The notes beneath the pieces are model-generated. The model did no database searches and was not told the DNA's origin. It was given only the letters and a program-made list of their open reading frames with translations. From the NCBI GenBank assembly GCA_903857825.1, contig CAIOGI010000006.1, forward strand, positions 25,132 through 89,131: DNA of 64,000 nucleotides, read 5' to 3'. The first letter of the stretch is position 1; each line of letters begins with the position of its first letter. Both the position numbers and the translations under genes were made by a program. Shown piece by piece: positions 38,653 through 49,809 of this stretch. The DNA is from Candidatus Tayloriibacteriota bacterium (GTDB lineage: Bacteria > Patescibacteriota > Minisyncoccia > Phycocordibacterales > PALSA-1337).

Positions 38653-39018
38653 CTACTCTAGAATACCTAATACCTTTTGTAACCTGCCAATCAACTCTTG
38701 CTTTACTTCGTCAGAAGGGACTCCTTCTTCAAAAACACTTGGCGTTCCACTTTCTATTTCATATTCTCCAGCTTTATCAAGTATGTTCGAAATTTCTTTT
38801 TGAGCTGATTCTTCTTGTTCGCTACTAATTTCTTTTTTAAGTTTTGCTGTGCTAAGTAGGGTTGGTATAACTTTCCACACCGTTGTCCTAAAACAAGGAA
38901 ACCAGCTCTGCCCCGTGCGCTGAACTTCAAGACTAATATTTTTTTCTACTGCTTCAACACATTCTTTTATTTTACCCAATGTAGTGATTTCTTTTGGTTG
39001 TTCTAATCCTTCATTCAT
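38653..39018 (-). CDS. Hypothetical protein
   Basis: 121-aa ORF 12 bp after rpoC. Confidence 0.6.
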   Translation of the reverse strand: MNEGLEQPKEITTLGKIKECVEAVEKNISLEVQRTGQSWFPCFRTTVWKVIPTLLSTAKLKKEISSEQEESAQKEISNILDKAGEYEIESGTPSVFEEGVPSDEVKQELIGRLQKVLGILE

Positions 39019-39030
39019 ACAATGATTTAA

Positions 39031-42000
39031 TTAATACCCATATTCCTCCTCCTTTGGCTGTACTGCCTCTATCATTTTCTGCTTTGGACTTCCCGCAAAT
39101 CCTGAACCCGCTGGGATCAAGCGACCGATGATAACATTTTCCATTAGACCAACTAGATCATCCTCACTTCCTCGAACTGCACTGTTTATAAGTACACGAG
39201 TAGTGTGCTGGAATGAAGCTGCTGATAGGAAACTCTTTCTAGATAGAGAAACTTCTGTGATACCCATCACAACAGCTTCTACCTTTGCTGGAGAACCATC
39301 AGTTTCCTTTGCCTTATCATTTTCTTCTCGTAGATATGTATCGTCAACTATCATGCCCTCTGCAAAGTTTGTATTTCCAGCCTCAGTAACTTTTCTTCTT
39401 GAGAACATTTGCTTTACGATAATTTCGATATGCTTTCTAGCAACTGTTTCTCCTTGAAGTTCGTAAATCTTTCCAACTTCTGAAATAACATAATCCTTTG
39501 CCTTCTCTGCCCCACCGAATTCAAATACTTCGTCAATATCAGCAGAACCATCTGTGATAAGGTCACCCTTCTTTACATTATCTCCCATTTTTACGAAAGG
39601 CATACGCTTTGGATTGAATAGATATTCAACTTCACTTGCTTTATGACCCTTTGCTCTATCCTCAAGCTCTGGCATTATTCTTATGACCTTTTCCTTTCCG
39701 AGATCCTTAACTTCTGTAACTGTTCCACTAACTGTGGCAACAACGGCAGGATTCTTTGGACGTCGCTTCTCGAAGATTTCCTCAACACGAGGAAGACCCT
39801 GAGTAATATCTCCACCAACAGACGCTGTACCTCCGGCGTGGAATGTACGCATTGTTAGCTGTGTTCCTGGTTCACCGATAGCCTGACCAGCAACTGTACC
39901 AACTGCTTCTCCAAGTTCTACGAGTTTATTCTTTCCAAGATCAGCACCATAACATTGTGCACATACGCCTCTCACACTCTTACATGAAAGTGGAGAACGA
40001 ACGCGAACAGAAGTAATACCCGCCTCCTCGATTTGAACTGCCTCTAGCTTTGAAAGAAGATGATTCTTCTTGAACAAGCTCTTCCCATCTGCAGTTACTA
40101 AATCCTCTGCAAGTACACGGCCTCTAATGTTCTTTGAAAGTGGAATGTTAATTCCTGAAGCTGTTTGCTTCTTTATGGTGATTGACTCCTTTGTCCCGCA
40201 ATCATCTTCATTGACCATCACATCCTGTGCAACAACGAATAGCTTTCGAGTGAGGTAACCTGCCTTTGCTGTGTTAAGAGCGGTATCTGTAAGACCCTTT
40301 CTTGAACCGTGAGTAGTAATGAAATACTCGATAGGAGTAAGACCTTCCTTTGAACAAGAAATAATTGGGAATTCAATAGTCTCTCCAGATGTAGATGCGA
40401 TAAGACCCTTCATACCAGCCATCTGAGTAATCTGTGAAAGAGAACCTCGGGCTCCAGAAGTAACCATGTCGTAGACAGATCCCATCTTGTTTAGAGAAGC
40501 TGGAATAAGTTTTTCAACTTCGTTCTTTGCCTTGTGCCAGATTTCTATATTCTTTCTCAATCTCTCTTCTTCAGTTAGAAGACCTTCATTGAATTGATCC
40601 ATTACCAATTCTGAATTTGCCTTCGCCTTTGATATAACTTCTATTTTACCCTTTGGAATGACAACATCATCAATACCCCATGTAGTTCCTGAGTGTGTAG
40701 CGTATTTGAATCCGAATGTCTTGATCTGGTCTAGGATAATAGGTATATCCTTCATATCATGAGTAATGATCAAATCATCCATAATTCCAGAAAGTTTCTT
40801 TCTATCGATTTCCTTGTTTATAAAAGGATAATCTGAAGGAAGAATGTCATTGAATAGAATACGTCCGACAGTTGTTTCGAAAAGCTTACCTTCAAACTGT
40901 GCATATTTCTTATCATCTCTTGGTAGAACCTTTATCTTTGCTCTGTATGTTACTGCACCATAGTTGTGTGCTGTAAGAGCGGCTTCAGGACTTTCAAAAA
41001 TCTTTCCTTCTCCTGTATCACCATCAACAATTTTTGTAATCCAGAAACAACCAAGCACAATATCAAGAAGCTTAGCTACAACCGTAGGATCTCCGTTTCC
41101 AGGCTTTAAGATGTTCTTGTCAGCAGCCATAATTTCCTTTGCTTCAAGCTGAGCCTCAACTCCCAATGGAACGTGAACAGCCATCTGGTCACCGTCGAAG
41201 TCAGCGTTGAAAGCTGTACATACAAGTGGGTGAACTTGAATAGCGTTTCCTTCAATAAGGATAGGACGAAATGCCTGTATACCAAGTCTGTGTAGAGTAG
41301 GTGCTCGGTTTAGAAGCACGTACTTTCCTTCAATAACTTCTTCTAGGATTTCCCAGACTTCCTTTGCACCATCATCAATAAGTCTACCAGCACCACGAAT
41401 ATTAAATGCCAATTCCCTCTTCAATAGTCCAGAAATAACGAATGGTCGGAATAGTTCTAGTGCCATGTGCTTTGGAAGACCACATTGATCAAGAGCTAGG
41501 GTAGGACCGACAACGATCACAGAACGTCCTGAATAGTCCACACGCTTTCCAAGAAGATTTTGTCGGAACAGACCTCTCTTACTCTTCAAATTGTCTGAAA
41601 GAGATTTCAATGCACGCTTCTGAGCCTGAATAGCAGCAGCTCCCGTAGCTGCACCATGACGAATAGAATTATCTATAAGCGCATCAACTGCCTCTTGTAG
41701 AATTCTTTTTTCATTTCGAAGAATAACATCTGGAGCATCGATTTCCTTTAGCTTCAAAAGACGATTATTTCGGTTTATAACTCTTCGATACAAATCGTTT
41801 ACATCTGAAGTAGCATAACGTCCTCCATCAAGAGCAACCATAGGTCGAAGTGCAGGTGGAATAACTGGAATTCTTGTAAGGAACATCCACTCTGGTCTTG
41901 TCTCTGATTTTATCATTGACTTGATAAGAGAAATTCTCTTTGAAAGTTTTTCTTTCTCAAGTGAACCTGCCTTATCGATTTCTGCATTTAATGCCAAAAG

Positions 42001-42711
42001 AAGCTTATTCATGTCTGTCTTCTTCAATATTTCAAAAATTGCCTCAGCACCAATGCCAGCTTCAAATAGAGCACCATATTTCATTGAATATCTGTGAAAT
42101 TGAACTTCATCCATTACGAAACCAGGTACTAGGCTCTCGATTTCTCTTCTAGCTGTAAGTACAAGTTCTTTCAAAGCCTCCTTTGTCTTTTCATCCTGAG
42201 CTGCTTTTACCTTTGTCTTGAATTCAGAATCAAGCTCCTTCAAGAATGCATCTTTTTCTGACTGATGAATCTTTGTAACTATATATCCAGCAAAGTAAAC
42301 AACCTTCTCTAGATCAGAAGTTGTCATTCCAAGTACTAGACCAATACGAGATGGCATAGATCGTAGGAACCATATATGTGATACGGGTGTAGCTAGCTCG
42401 ATATGTCCCATTCTGTCTCTTCGAACTATTGAACGGGTGATCTCAACTCCACATTTTTCACAAACAATTCCCTTATATCTTATTCCGCGATATTTTCCAC
42501 AATAACATTCGAAATCACGATCTGGACCAAATATCTTCTCATCAAAAAGTCCATTCTTTTCTGAACGCTGTGTTCTGTAGTTAATGGTTTCTGGCTTAGT
42601 AATTTCACCAAATGACCATTCCAAGATTTTCTCAGGCGAAGCAACACCAAGCTTCACTGCATCGAAGTCTGTTGGGTCATTTTGTCTTTTGTACATATTT
42701 TTATTTTCCAT
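39031..42711 (-). CDS. rpoC: RNA polymerase beta' subunit
   Basis: NADFDGD, N-terminal zinc finger, GEPGTQLTMRTFH. Confidence 0.98.
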   Translation of the reverse strand: MENKNMYKRQNDPTDFDAVKLGVASPEKILEWSFGEITKPETINYRTQRSEKNGLFDEKIFGPDRDFECYCGKYRGIRYKGIVCEKCGVEITRSIVRRDRMGHIELATPVSHIWFLRSMPSRIGLVLGMTTSDLEKVVYFAGYIVTKIHQSEKDAFLKELDSEFKTKVKAAQDEKTKEALKELVLTARREIESLVPGFVMDEVQFHRYSMKYGALFEAGIGAEAIFEILKKTDMNKLLLALNAEIDKAGSLEKEKLSKRISLIKSMIKSETRPEWMFLTRIPVIPPALRPMVALDGGRYATSDVNDLYRRVINRNNRLLKLKEIDAPDVILRNEKRILQEAVDALIDNSIRHGAATGAAAIQAQKRALKSLSDNLKSKRGLFRQNLLGKRVDYSGRSVIVVGPTLALDQCGLPKHMALELFRPFVISGLLKRELAFNIRGAGRLIDDGAKEVWEILEEVIEGKYVLLNRAPTLHRLGIQAFRPILIEGNAIQVHPLVCTAFNADFDGDQMAVHVPLGVEAQLEAKEIMAADKNILKPGNGDPTVVAKLLDIVLGCFWITKIVDGDTGEGKIFESPEAALTAHNYGAVTYRAKIKVLPRDDKKYAQFEGKLFETTVGRILFNDILPSDYPFINKEIDRKKLSGIMDDLIITHDMKDIPIILDQIKTFGFKYATHSGTTWGIDDVVIPKGKIEVISKAKANSELVMDQFNEGLLTEEERLRKNIEIWHKAKNEVEKLIPASLNKMGSVYDMVTSGARGSLSQITQMAGMKGLIASTSGETIEFPIISCSKEGLTPIEYFITTHGSRKGLTDTALNTAKAGYLTRKLFVVAQDVMVNEDDCGTKESITIKKQTASGINIPLSKNIRGRVLAEDLVTADGKSLFKKNHLLSKLEAVQIEEAGITSVRVRSPLSCKSVRGVCAQCYGADLGKNKLVELGEAVGTVAGQAIGEPGTQLTMRTFHAGGTASVGGDITQGLPRVEEIFEKRRPKNPAVVATVSGTVTEVKDLGKEKVIRIMPELEDRAKGHKASEVEYLFNPKRMPFVKMGDNVKKGDLITDGSADIDEVFEFGGAEKAKDYVISEVGKIYELQGETVARKHIEIIVKQMFSRRKVTEAGNTNFAEGMIVDDTYLREENDKAKETDGSPAKVEAVVMGITEVSLSRKSFLSAASFQHTTRVLINSAVRGSEDDLVGLMENVIIGRLIPAGSGFAGSPKQKMIEAVQPKEEEYGY

Positions 42712-42735
42712 GGTTTTTATAATTATTTGATGAAA

Positions 42736-44112
42736 TTAATTGGTAATGGTGAAGTAATTATCGCTTACATCACAAGGATTACTTGAACGGACTCTTGATT
42801 CGTCAAATACATTTGGACAAATAGTTATTTTATATAATCCTGCTTTTGGTATAGTCTGACTATTTCCTCCTAATGAATACTGACCAACTGTCCACTCAAA
42901 TATGCCGGAATTACTAACAGCCTTTGCTATTATTGGACTAAAACTGGTTGTTGGCATATTTGTACCAGGCGCTGGAGGAGCTAAGCAAGGCTCAAGAACA
43001 CAATTTTCTTTTGATTCAATTTTTATATCAACAATTTTACCTTGAATTGGTTTCCAACCAATAACCTGTTTACTTCCCATCTTCCAAACTTCCCCTCCAT
43101 TTGGTGAAAGAACGGTGATGGAGGGTTGGGTGTTTGAGGTAGATGTAAATTTAAAATTATTTAATAAATCATTAATTTCATTATCGGTAAAGTTAGCTGC
43201 GTAAAAGTGGTACATGATCCCATTGTGGTAAACATAGAACCATCTTTTATCGTTTAATGACCATAATACTTTTTCACCCCCAATTGCAGAAACACGTCCT
43301 AATAAATTAGAAACAAGATTGGGTATATATGAGGTACACGATTCGACAGAATTACAACCTTTCACAACGGTTTGATCAAGACGCGACTTATCTCTTGTTT
43401 CAATACTAAATTCTTGTTTTTTATTCTCATTCACCAAAGTTAGAGTTGCTACAGTATTTGCCTTTTCACATGATGAAGGAGCGTATCCTCCTGAGATAAC
43501 TTCCATTACTCTATAATTACTTGGGTATTTAATCGTATAATTATATTTAGTGATCGCACATGAAATCAATTTATTAACTTCTAACAAGTTTTGATCTACT
43601 GAAGTCTGAGAAGTAAATTTAAGAGTTGATATAATTTGACTCATAATGCTTTTTGCAATGTTATCACCAGCAGTCATTGTTATTGATATATCATTTTTAG
43701 GTCCCATACAGATGGTTTTGTAAAAAACTAATCCAAAACCCTGTTCCCAGTCAGAATTAACACAAGCTGATCCCGTCTTCTTAATAACTAATTGCTCAAT
43801 AGGAAGATCTGTATCTGGTTTACCTTGTTTGTCTGGATTCACAATTCTAACAATATTATTGTCATCTTCTTTTATTAGCCAATTTGGAAGATATTTAATT
43901 TCAAATCCATGTTTCTCATTTATATACGTCTTCCAATCTGAAGTTACTACTGTAGACGTCGCATTTACTACCACATCATCAACCTTGGGTTCTAGAGGAG
44001 CTACCACATCCCTTGTCCCAAAGTAATATACAGCACCAGCAGCCACTGCAATAGCGACTATTATAACCATCCCCTGCGCTGCAAACCCTTTTTTATAATT
44101 TATTTTATTCAT
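42736..44112 (-). CDS. Surface/secreted protein (PsbP-like repeats, C-terminal Ig-like domain)
   Basis: KKGF plus hydrophobic anchor, WKTY...GFEIKY, SITVLSPNGGE. Confidence 0.7.
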   Translation of the reverse strand: MNKINYKKGFAAQGMVIIVAIAVAAGAVYYFGTRDVVAPLEPKVDDVVVNATSTVVTSDWKTYINEKHGFEIKYLPNWLIKEDDNNIVRIVNPDKQGKPDTDLPIEQLVIKKTGSACVNSDWEQGFGLVFYKTICMGPKNDISITMTAGDNIAKSIMSQIISTLKFTSQTSVDQNLLEVNKLISCAITKYNYTIKYPSNYRVMEVISGGYAPSSCEKANTVATLTLVNENKKQEFSIETRDKSRLDQTVVKGCNSVESCTSYIPNLVSNLLGRVSAIGGEKVLWSLNDKRWFYVYHNGIMYHFYAANFTDNEINDLLNNFKFTSTSNTQPSITVLSPNGGEVWKMGSKQVIGWKPIQGKIVDIKIESKENCVLEPCLAPPAPGTNMPTTSFSPIIAKAVSNSGIFEWTVGQYSLGGNSQTIPKAGLYKITICPNVFDESRVRSSNPCDVSDNYFTITN

Positions 44113-44277
44113 ATATTTTTTATGATTTTAGAATCTTATTTTCTCCTTTGTAAATAAAATTCTTAACATACTGAATTGCAATAGACTTCAAGGATATCCC
44201 AAAACCCTTAGCTAGTTTTTGAGCTTTTTCTTTTATCCTCTTATTTATTTTTATATTTAGTGTTGTTTTCATATATT

Positions 44278-45342
44278 TTATTTCAATTTCTTAATACTAT
44301 CTCCAACCACCTTATTTGTCTCCTTGATAAATTGATCGAAGTCACTTTCAAATATTCTATCCTGAACTATTCTATACTTTTCAAATTCACTTTCTGCGAA
44401 ACTTTTTGCTATCTCTGCAGATACTTTACCAGGATTATCCAGTACTTTTCTTTTATTAAATTGTAGAAAAGCATCCAGTCTTTCTGCCCAGTCCTTCATA
44501 GTCATAGGTATTTTTTGTTCTGCTTGATCTTCCGCATAGTCAAGGTACATGGATACAATACGATCAAGAGATTTTATCTCTTTAGCGTCTAAATAATTTT
44601 TAGCAATGATCACATCAGTCTTTAAAATTTTTCCTTTTGGTGCTTTTTCCCAACTAGTTAGACCCATAAAAGGTTTCTTCGCGTCTGCTCTCTTTATAAT
44701 TACCTCAGCAGCTGTGAATCCATGTATAGCGTAGTGTAATTTATTCTGTACAGTTTTGAAAAATTTCTGGGTTAATGGTGAATCTACATCATAATCCAAT
44801 GCTGTAGTATAAATATCAGTAATTTTTTGATAGAATTTTCTTTCACTGTTTCGTATTTCACGAATTTCTTGTATAAGAGAATCATAATAATTTTGACCAA
44901 GATATGTACCATTTTCTAGTCTATCTTTATCTAATACATATCCACGGACAGCAAAAGTTTTTAGAATTCTCGTAGCCCAACGACGAAATGCAGTGGCTTT
45001 CTCTGAATTTACACGATAACCAATAGCGATAATTGTATCAAGGTTATAGTGTTCGACTTCTCTAGAAACAGAACGACTACCCTCTTTTTGAACTATTAGG
45101 AAATTCCTAATAGTTGCTTCTTTATTTAATTCATTTGATTGATATATAACTTTCAAATGTTCATTTATTGTCGGTATTCTAACTTCAAAGAGTTCAGCAA
45201 TAAGCTTTTGTGTAAGCCATAAATTTTCATTCTCGAATCGAACCTCTATTCCACTCTCTTTAGAATCAGAAGTAAACATCAGAAATTCTGCTGTACTATT
45301 ACGAATTATTAGTTTTTTTGATTCTAAATTATCTTTTTTCAT
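44278..45342 (-). CDS. RhuM family protein
   Basis: WLTQKLIAELF, INEHLK, YNLDTIIAIGYRVNS, IREIRNSERKFYQK, QNKLHYA. Confidence 0.9.
   Translation of the reverse strand: MKKDNLESKKLIIRNSTAEFLMFTSDSKESGIEVRFENENLWLTQKLIAELFEVRIPTINEHLKVIYQSNELNKEATIRNFLIVQKEGSRSVSREVEHYNLDTIIAIGYRVNSEKATAFRRWATRILKTFAVRGYVLDKDRLENGTYLGQNYYDSLIQEIREIRNSERKFYQKITDIYTTALDYDVDSPLTQKFFKTVQNKLHYAIHGFTAAEVIIKRADAKKPFMGLTSWEKAPKGKILKTDVIIAKNYLDAKEIKSLDRIVSMYLDYAEDQAEQKIPMTMKDWAERLDAFLQFNKRKVLDNPGKVSAEIAKSFAESEFEKYRIVQDRIFESDFDQFIKETNKVVGDSIKKLK
45091..45115. repeat. 25-bp palindrome inside rhuM-family CDS
   Basis: AACTATTAGGAA-A-TTCCTAATAGTT. Confidence 0.95.
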
Positions 45343-45355
45343 GCTTTTAGTATCT

Positions 45356-45381
45356 TAAACTGGTCGAATTCTACCAGTTTA
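45356..45381. promoter_or_regulatory. 26-bp palindrome between rpoB stop and rhuM start
   Basis: TAAACTGGTCGAATTCTACCAGTTTA (one mismatch); same frame as the KilA-N internal palindrome. Confidence 0.7.
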
Positions 45382-45389
45382 GTTTCCTA

Positions 45390-48300
45390 TTACTCTGTCT
45401 CCTCTTCATCACGACCCTTTTTAATCAATTCGACATCCAATGCCAAACCACGTAGTGATTTTAGAAGCACATTGAAAGATGCTGGAAGGTTTGGTTGCTT
45501 CAATGGCTCACCCTTAACAATAGAATCGAATGCCTGAGAACGACCTTGTATATCATCAGACTTTATAGTTAGAATTTCGCGTAGTGTATAAGCTGCACCG
45601 TGACCGAGAAGAGCCCAGACTTCCATTTCTCCAAATCTCTGTCCTCCACCCTGTGCTTTTCCTCCTAGAGGCTGCTGTGTGATAAGAGAGTAAGGTCCGA
45701 TAGAACGCATGTGTATCTTATCCTCAACCATGTGATGAAGTTTCAAGATATACATATATCCGACTGCAATAGGTTGATCGAAATGATCTCCTGTTCGTCC
45801 ATCGCGTAGTTTCATTTTTCCACTTGCATCAAAGCCTGCCTTCACAAGCTCTTCTTTTATTTCAACATCTGTAGCTCCTGTGAATGGAGGGACGATAGCT
45901 TGGTAACCAAGTGTATGTGCTGCTAGTCCAAGGTGAAGTTCTAGTATCTGTCCAAGGTTCATACGTGAAGGCACACCTAATGGGGTTAGAATAACATCGA
46001 CAGGTGTTCCATCTTCCATGTATGGCATATCTTCCTCTGGAAGAATTCTAGAAATAACTCCCTTGTTTCCGTGTCGTCCAGCTAGCTTGTCTCCAACTGA
46101 AACGTTTCTTAGCTCTGCAACTTCTATGTAAATTTTCTTTATGATTCCTGACTCTAGCTTGTCACCTTTTTCTCGTGAGAATATCTTTACAGAAATAACA
46201 CGACCTCTCTTTCCTCCTTCCATTCTCTTTGATGTATCCTTTACATCACGAGCCTTCTCTCCGAAAATAGATCTAAGTAGTCTCTCTTCTGGTGTTAGCT
46301 GAGTCTCACCTCTTGGTGAAATCTTTCCAACTAGAATATCTCCAGGTCGTACTTCTGCTCCGATTCTAACGATTCCATCTTCTGCTAGATTCTTCAATTT
46401 TGCCTCTCCAACGTTTGGAATATCGCATGTAGTAACTTCTGGACCTAGTTTTGTATCACGAACATTTACTACGAATTCTTCTATGTTTATAGAACTGAAT
46501 TTACTATTCTTTACAACTCTTTCTGAAAGAATAATGGCATCTTCGTAGTTATTACCAGACCATGACATGAATGCTACTAGCATGTTTTGTCCAAGAGCGA
46601 TTTCTCCATTGTCTGAAGTAGATGTATCTACCAGCACATCTCCTTTCTTTACCTTATCTCCAACACTTACTATTGGACGTTGATGGAATGATGTGAATCC
46701 ATTTGTTCGAGAGAAATGAATAAGATCGTATTGTTTCTTTCCAACTTTCTTACCTTCAAAAATAACTTTTTTTGAATCAACATAAGTTATCTCGCCATCT
46801 TCTGGTGCAAGCACAATTCTTCCTGTATCGATAACTGCTTGCTTTTCAATACCAGTAGCAACTAAAGGAGCTTCAGGAATAAGACAAGGAGTTGCCTGCT
46901 TTTGCATGTTTGATCCCATGAGTGCTCGGTTCGCATCATCGTGGTTTAGGAATGGAATAAGAGATGTAGCAATAGAAAATGCTTGATTTGTAGATACATC
47001 TATATAGTCGACATCATCTGCCTTTGCTAGACCAGGCTTTCCATTTATACGTACCTCGACTTCTGCTGCTGTGATAGTTCCACTTTTATCATAAGGTATT
47101 GCACCGTGAGCGATTCTAAAACCTTCTTCTTCAAGTGCATTCAAATATACAATGTCCTTTGTAACCTTTCCATTCTTTACCTTTGCATAAGGAGTTTCGA
47201 TCATTCCAAAATCATTTATACGAGCATAAGTAGCAAGGTTTAGAATAAGACCAATGTTTGGACCTTCTGGTGTGTGAATAGGACAAATTCTTCCGTAGTG
47301 AGATGGGTGAACGTCTCGAACTTCGAAACCTGCTCGCTCTCGTGTTAGACCTCCAGGACCAAGTGCTGTTAGTTTTCTAAGGTTTTCGATTTCTGATAGA
47401 ACGTTTTCCTGACCCATGAACTGTGACAATTGGTTTGTAGTAAAGAACTCCTTTATACGTGCCTGAAGTGGTCTTGGGAAAACGAAATTTACAGGAAGAG
47501 TAACATCTGGCTCTACCGTAGACATCTTGTCCTGAATATTTCTCTTCATCTGTGTCATACCGACACGTAGCTTCTGCTGTAGAAGTTCACCTACATATCG
47601 AACACGTCTTGATCCTAGATGATCAATATCGTCTTCAACGGCCTCTGGAGTATTATTTAGAAGAGTAATATGAGAAATTATTGTTGAAAGGTCATCTGTT
47701 GATACTGTCTTGTGTTCAAGATCTTTTTCCTCCATTGACTTTCCGAAACGCTTGTTAAAACGGAATCTTCCAACACGAGATAGGTCATATCTTTCTGGAT
47801 TAAATATATTTCCAAGAAATTCACGAGCATTATCAGCTGTAGCCAAATCTCCATCACGAAGTCGCTTGTGTATTTCAACATATGCTTCATCTACTGTCTT
47901 TGCATGATCCTTGGCAAGAGTTTGTTCAATAGCCTTTTTTGCAAGTGCCTCCTTATCAAATAGTGCTAGTATTTCTTCATTTGTCTTTGCTCCAAGAATT
48001 CTAAGTAAAGATGTAATAGGAAACTTTCTCTTTCTGTCTATACGTGTGTAGATTGTCCCATCTGAATCTGATTCGATTTCCATCCATACTCCGCGGGCAG
48101 GAATAACCTTGGCACCAAAAAATGTCTTACCCTTTATCTCATTTGCAGTAAAAAATATACCAAAGGATCTAGCTAATTGAGGAACTATAACTCTCTCAAT
48201 CCCATTTATAATAAATGTACCGTGATTTGTCATCAAAGGAAGGTCTGCAAGAAACATTTCTTGTTCTTTGACTGCATCAAGAAGTTTATTCTTCAGCTTT

Positions 48301-48566
48301 ACCTTAACCTTTATTTGTCCTTCATATGAAAGTTTATTGTTTTTAGCATAATGCTCGTCGTACTTTGGCTTTGAAAGCTCAAAACCAGTAAAAGACAGCT
48401 CGAACTTCTTCTTGGCATAATCCTCAATTGGTGAGAATTCTTTCAACACTTCTGATATACCATTATCTAAAAATGTATCGAAAGAAATCGTCTGTGACTC
48501 AACCAAATTTGGCATAGCTGTCAATGGCTCTTTGAATCTACTGAAATACTTTTTGGTTATATGCAT
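45390..48566 (-). CDS. rpoB: RNA polymerase beta subunit
   Basis: GPGGLTRERAGFEVRDVHPSHYGRICP, GDKLAGRHGNKG, GQRFGEME. Confidence 0.98.
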   Translation of the reverse strand: MHITKKYFSRFKEPLTAMPNLVESQTISFDTFLDNGISEVLKEFSPIEDYAKKKFELSFTGFELSKPKYDEHYAKNNKLSYEGQIKVKVKLKNKLLDAVKEQEMFLADLPLMTNHGTFIINGIERVIVPQLARSFGIFFTANEIKGKTFFGAKVIPARGVWMEIESDSDGTIYTRIDRKRKFPITSLLRILGAKTNEEILALFDKEALAKKAIEQTLAKDHAKTVDEAYVEIHKRLRDGDLATADNAREFLGNIFNPERYDLSRVGRFRFNKRFGKSMEEKDLEHKTVSTDDLSTIISHITLLNNTPEAVEDDIDHLGSRRVRYVGELLQQKLRVGMTQMKRNIQDKMSTVEPDVTLPVNFVFPRPLQARIKEFFTTNQLSQFMGQENVLSEIENLRKLTALGPGGLTRERAGFEVRDVHPSHYGRICPIHTPEGPNIGLILNLATYARINDFGMIETPYAKVKNGKVTKDIVYLNALEEEGFRIAHGAIPYDKSGTITAAEVEVRINGKPGLAKADDVDYIDVSTNQAFSIATSLIPFLNHDDANRALMGSNMQKQATPCLIPEAPLVATGIEKQAVIDTGRIVLAPEDGEITYVDSKKVIFEGKKVGKKQYDLIHFSRTNGFTSFHQRPIVSVGDKVKKGDVLVDTSTSDNGEIALGQNMLVAFMSWSGNNYEDAIILSERVVKNSKFSSINIEEFVVNVRDTKLGPEVTTCDIPNVGEAKLKNLAEDGIVRIGAEVRPGDILVGKISPRGETQLTPEERLLRSIFGEKARDVKDTSKRMEGGKRGRVISVKIFSREKGDKLESGIIKKIYIEVAELRNVSVGDKLAGRHGNKGVISRILPEEDMPYMEDGTPVDVILTPLGVPSRMNLGQILELHLGLAAHTLGYQAIVPPFTGATDVEIKEELVKAGFDASGKMKLRDGRTGDHFDQPIAVGYMYILKLHHMVEDKIHMRSIGPYSLITQQPLGGKAQGGGQRFGEMEVWALLGHGAAYTLREILTIKSDDIQGRSQAFDSIVKGEPLKQPNLPASFNVLLKSLRGLALDVELIKKGRDEEETE

Positions 48567-48836
48567 GTTTTTTATTAATAAAACTTTTGCTAATAAAATT
48601 ACTAAAATCTACACTACACTTTAAACAATAAACTCCATAAAATGATTCACTCTACACAACGAAAAATAACGCCTGTAAAGGGCGTTCCTTATACTAAAAA
48701 AGTATTTTAGGTAGAAGTTGCAAGATGAGGATCAATTTATAGCCTTGTAATCCTTCATATTTTAGTCGCAACACAATCGATGAAGTTGGTTATGAGCTTA
48801 TCAGAATACGAGAAATAGTCAAGGGTTTGTAGCTTT

Positions 48837-49805
48837 TTACTTAGAAATATAGTTTTTGTTAATATTAATCGAAATATAACCAAGTCCAATAAACAAGAAG
48901 CCAAGAAATACTAGAGAGACCGGCCATCCAACTGAATTTGCAAAATATTCACTAGTAATATACGAAAGAAAAGTAATCAAAAAGATTGTAGACATTATCA
49001 AAATGATTCTATTTTTTAGACTAACCGAAAGGAAAAAACAAGCAATAAGAATAACAAAATATATCAACTGATATATACCAGAATCAAATATTAAAGAAAA
49101 TGCAGAACCGAGTAAACCAGTTATACCGACAAAATATATAACTCCAATGAGAAAACTATTCCACTTACCTTCAAAGAAACGTCCGAGCTGTAAATAACTC
49201 ATACCAATTACAACTGTAAGGTATTGATAAATATCGCCAGAATTAAACCACATATCATATGGATTGCTTATAATTGCATTGACTAATAGGTAAACAAAGG
49301 CTGTGCCATTCGCTATTGCAAAAAAAGCTAGTATGGAATTTTTGTTTATCCAATTTAGTAATAGATAAAATGCAAATAATGAACCAAATGTACCTGCAAC
49401 AATCCATGAATGATACCCTCCCGTACTAAGCTCATACAAAGTAACCAAAGCTCCACTTGGCACCAAAATTCCACCAATAAAATAAAATACTGTGCCGATT
49501 TTGTCTTCTGGCTTATTCTTGATCAACATAGCACCTATTCCAGTCATCAAGAAACCTAAACCAAATGTAACCAGTATTCTTCCGAAAGATTGAATGTCGT
49601 TCCAAATTTGAGATACAAAAGTAATCAAACCAATAATTACTATTACAGCGCCCAGTGCATAAAAGATCTTTGTTAAAGAAAAAATGCTCGGTTTATTTTG
49701 GGGAATAGTCGTTTCGGTCTTTAAACTATTTATTATTTCATCTCTAGTTATTTCTCCTGTACTAATTTTATTCTTAATCTCATTTAGTAATTGTTCTTTA
49801 TTCAT
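48837..49805 (-). CDS. Multi-pass membrane protein (DUF2157-like)
   Basis: GEITRDE...LGAVIVIIGLITFVSQIW; about 9 TM. Confidence 0.7.
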   Translation of the reverse strand: MNKEQLLNEIKNKISTGEITRDEIINSLKTETTIPQNKPSIFSLTKIFYALGAVIVIIGLITFVSQIWNDIQSFGRILVTFGLGFLMTGIGAMLIKNKPEDKIGTVFYFIGGILVPSGALVTLYELSTGGYHSWIVAGTFGSLFAFYLLLNWINKNSILAFFAIANGTAFVYLLVNAIISNPYDMWFNSGDIYQYLTVVIGMSYLQLGRFFEGKWNSFLIGVIYFVGITGLLGSAFSLIFDSGIYQLIYFVILIACFFLSVSLKNRIILIMSTIFLITFLSYITSEYFANSVGWPVSLVFLGFLFIGLGYISININKNYISK

Positions 49806-49809
49806 AAAA

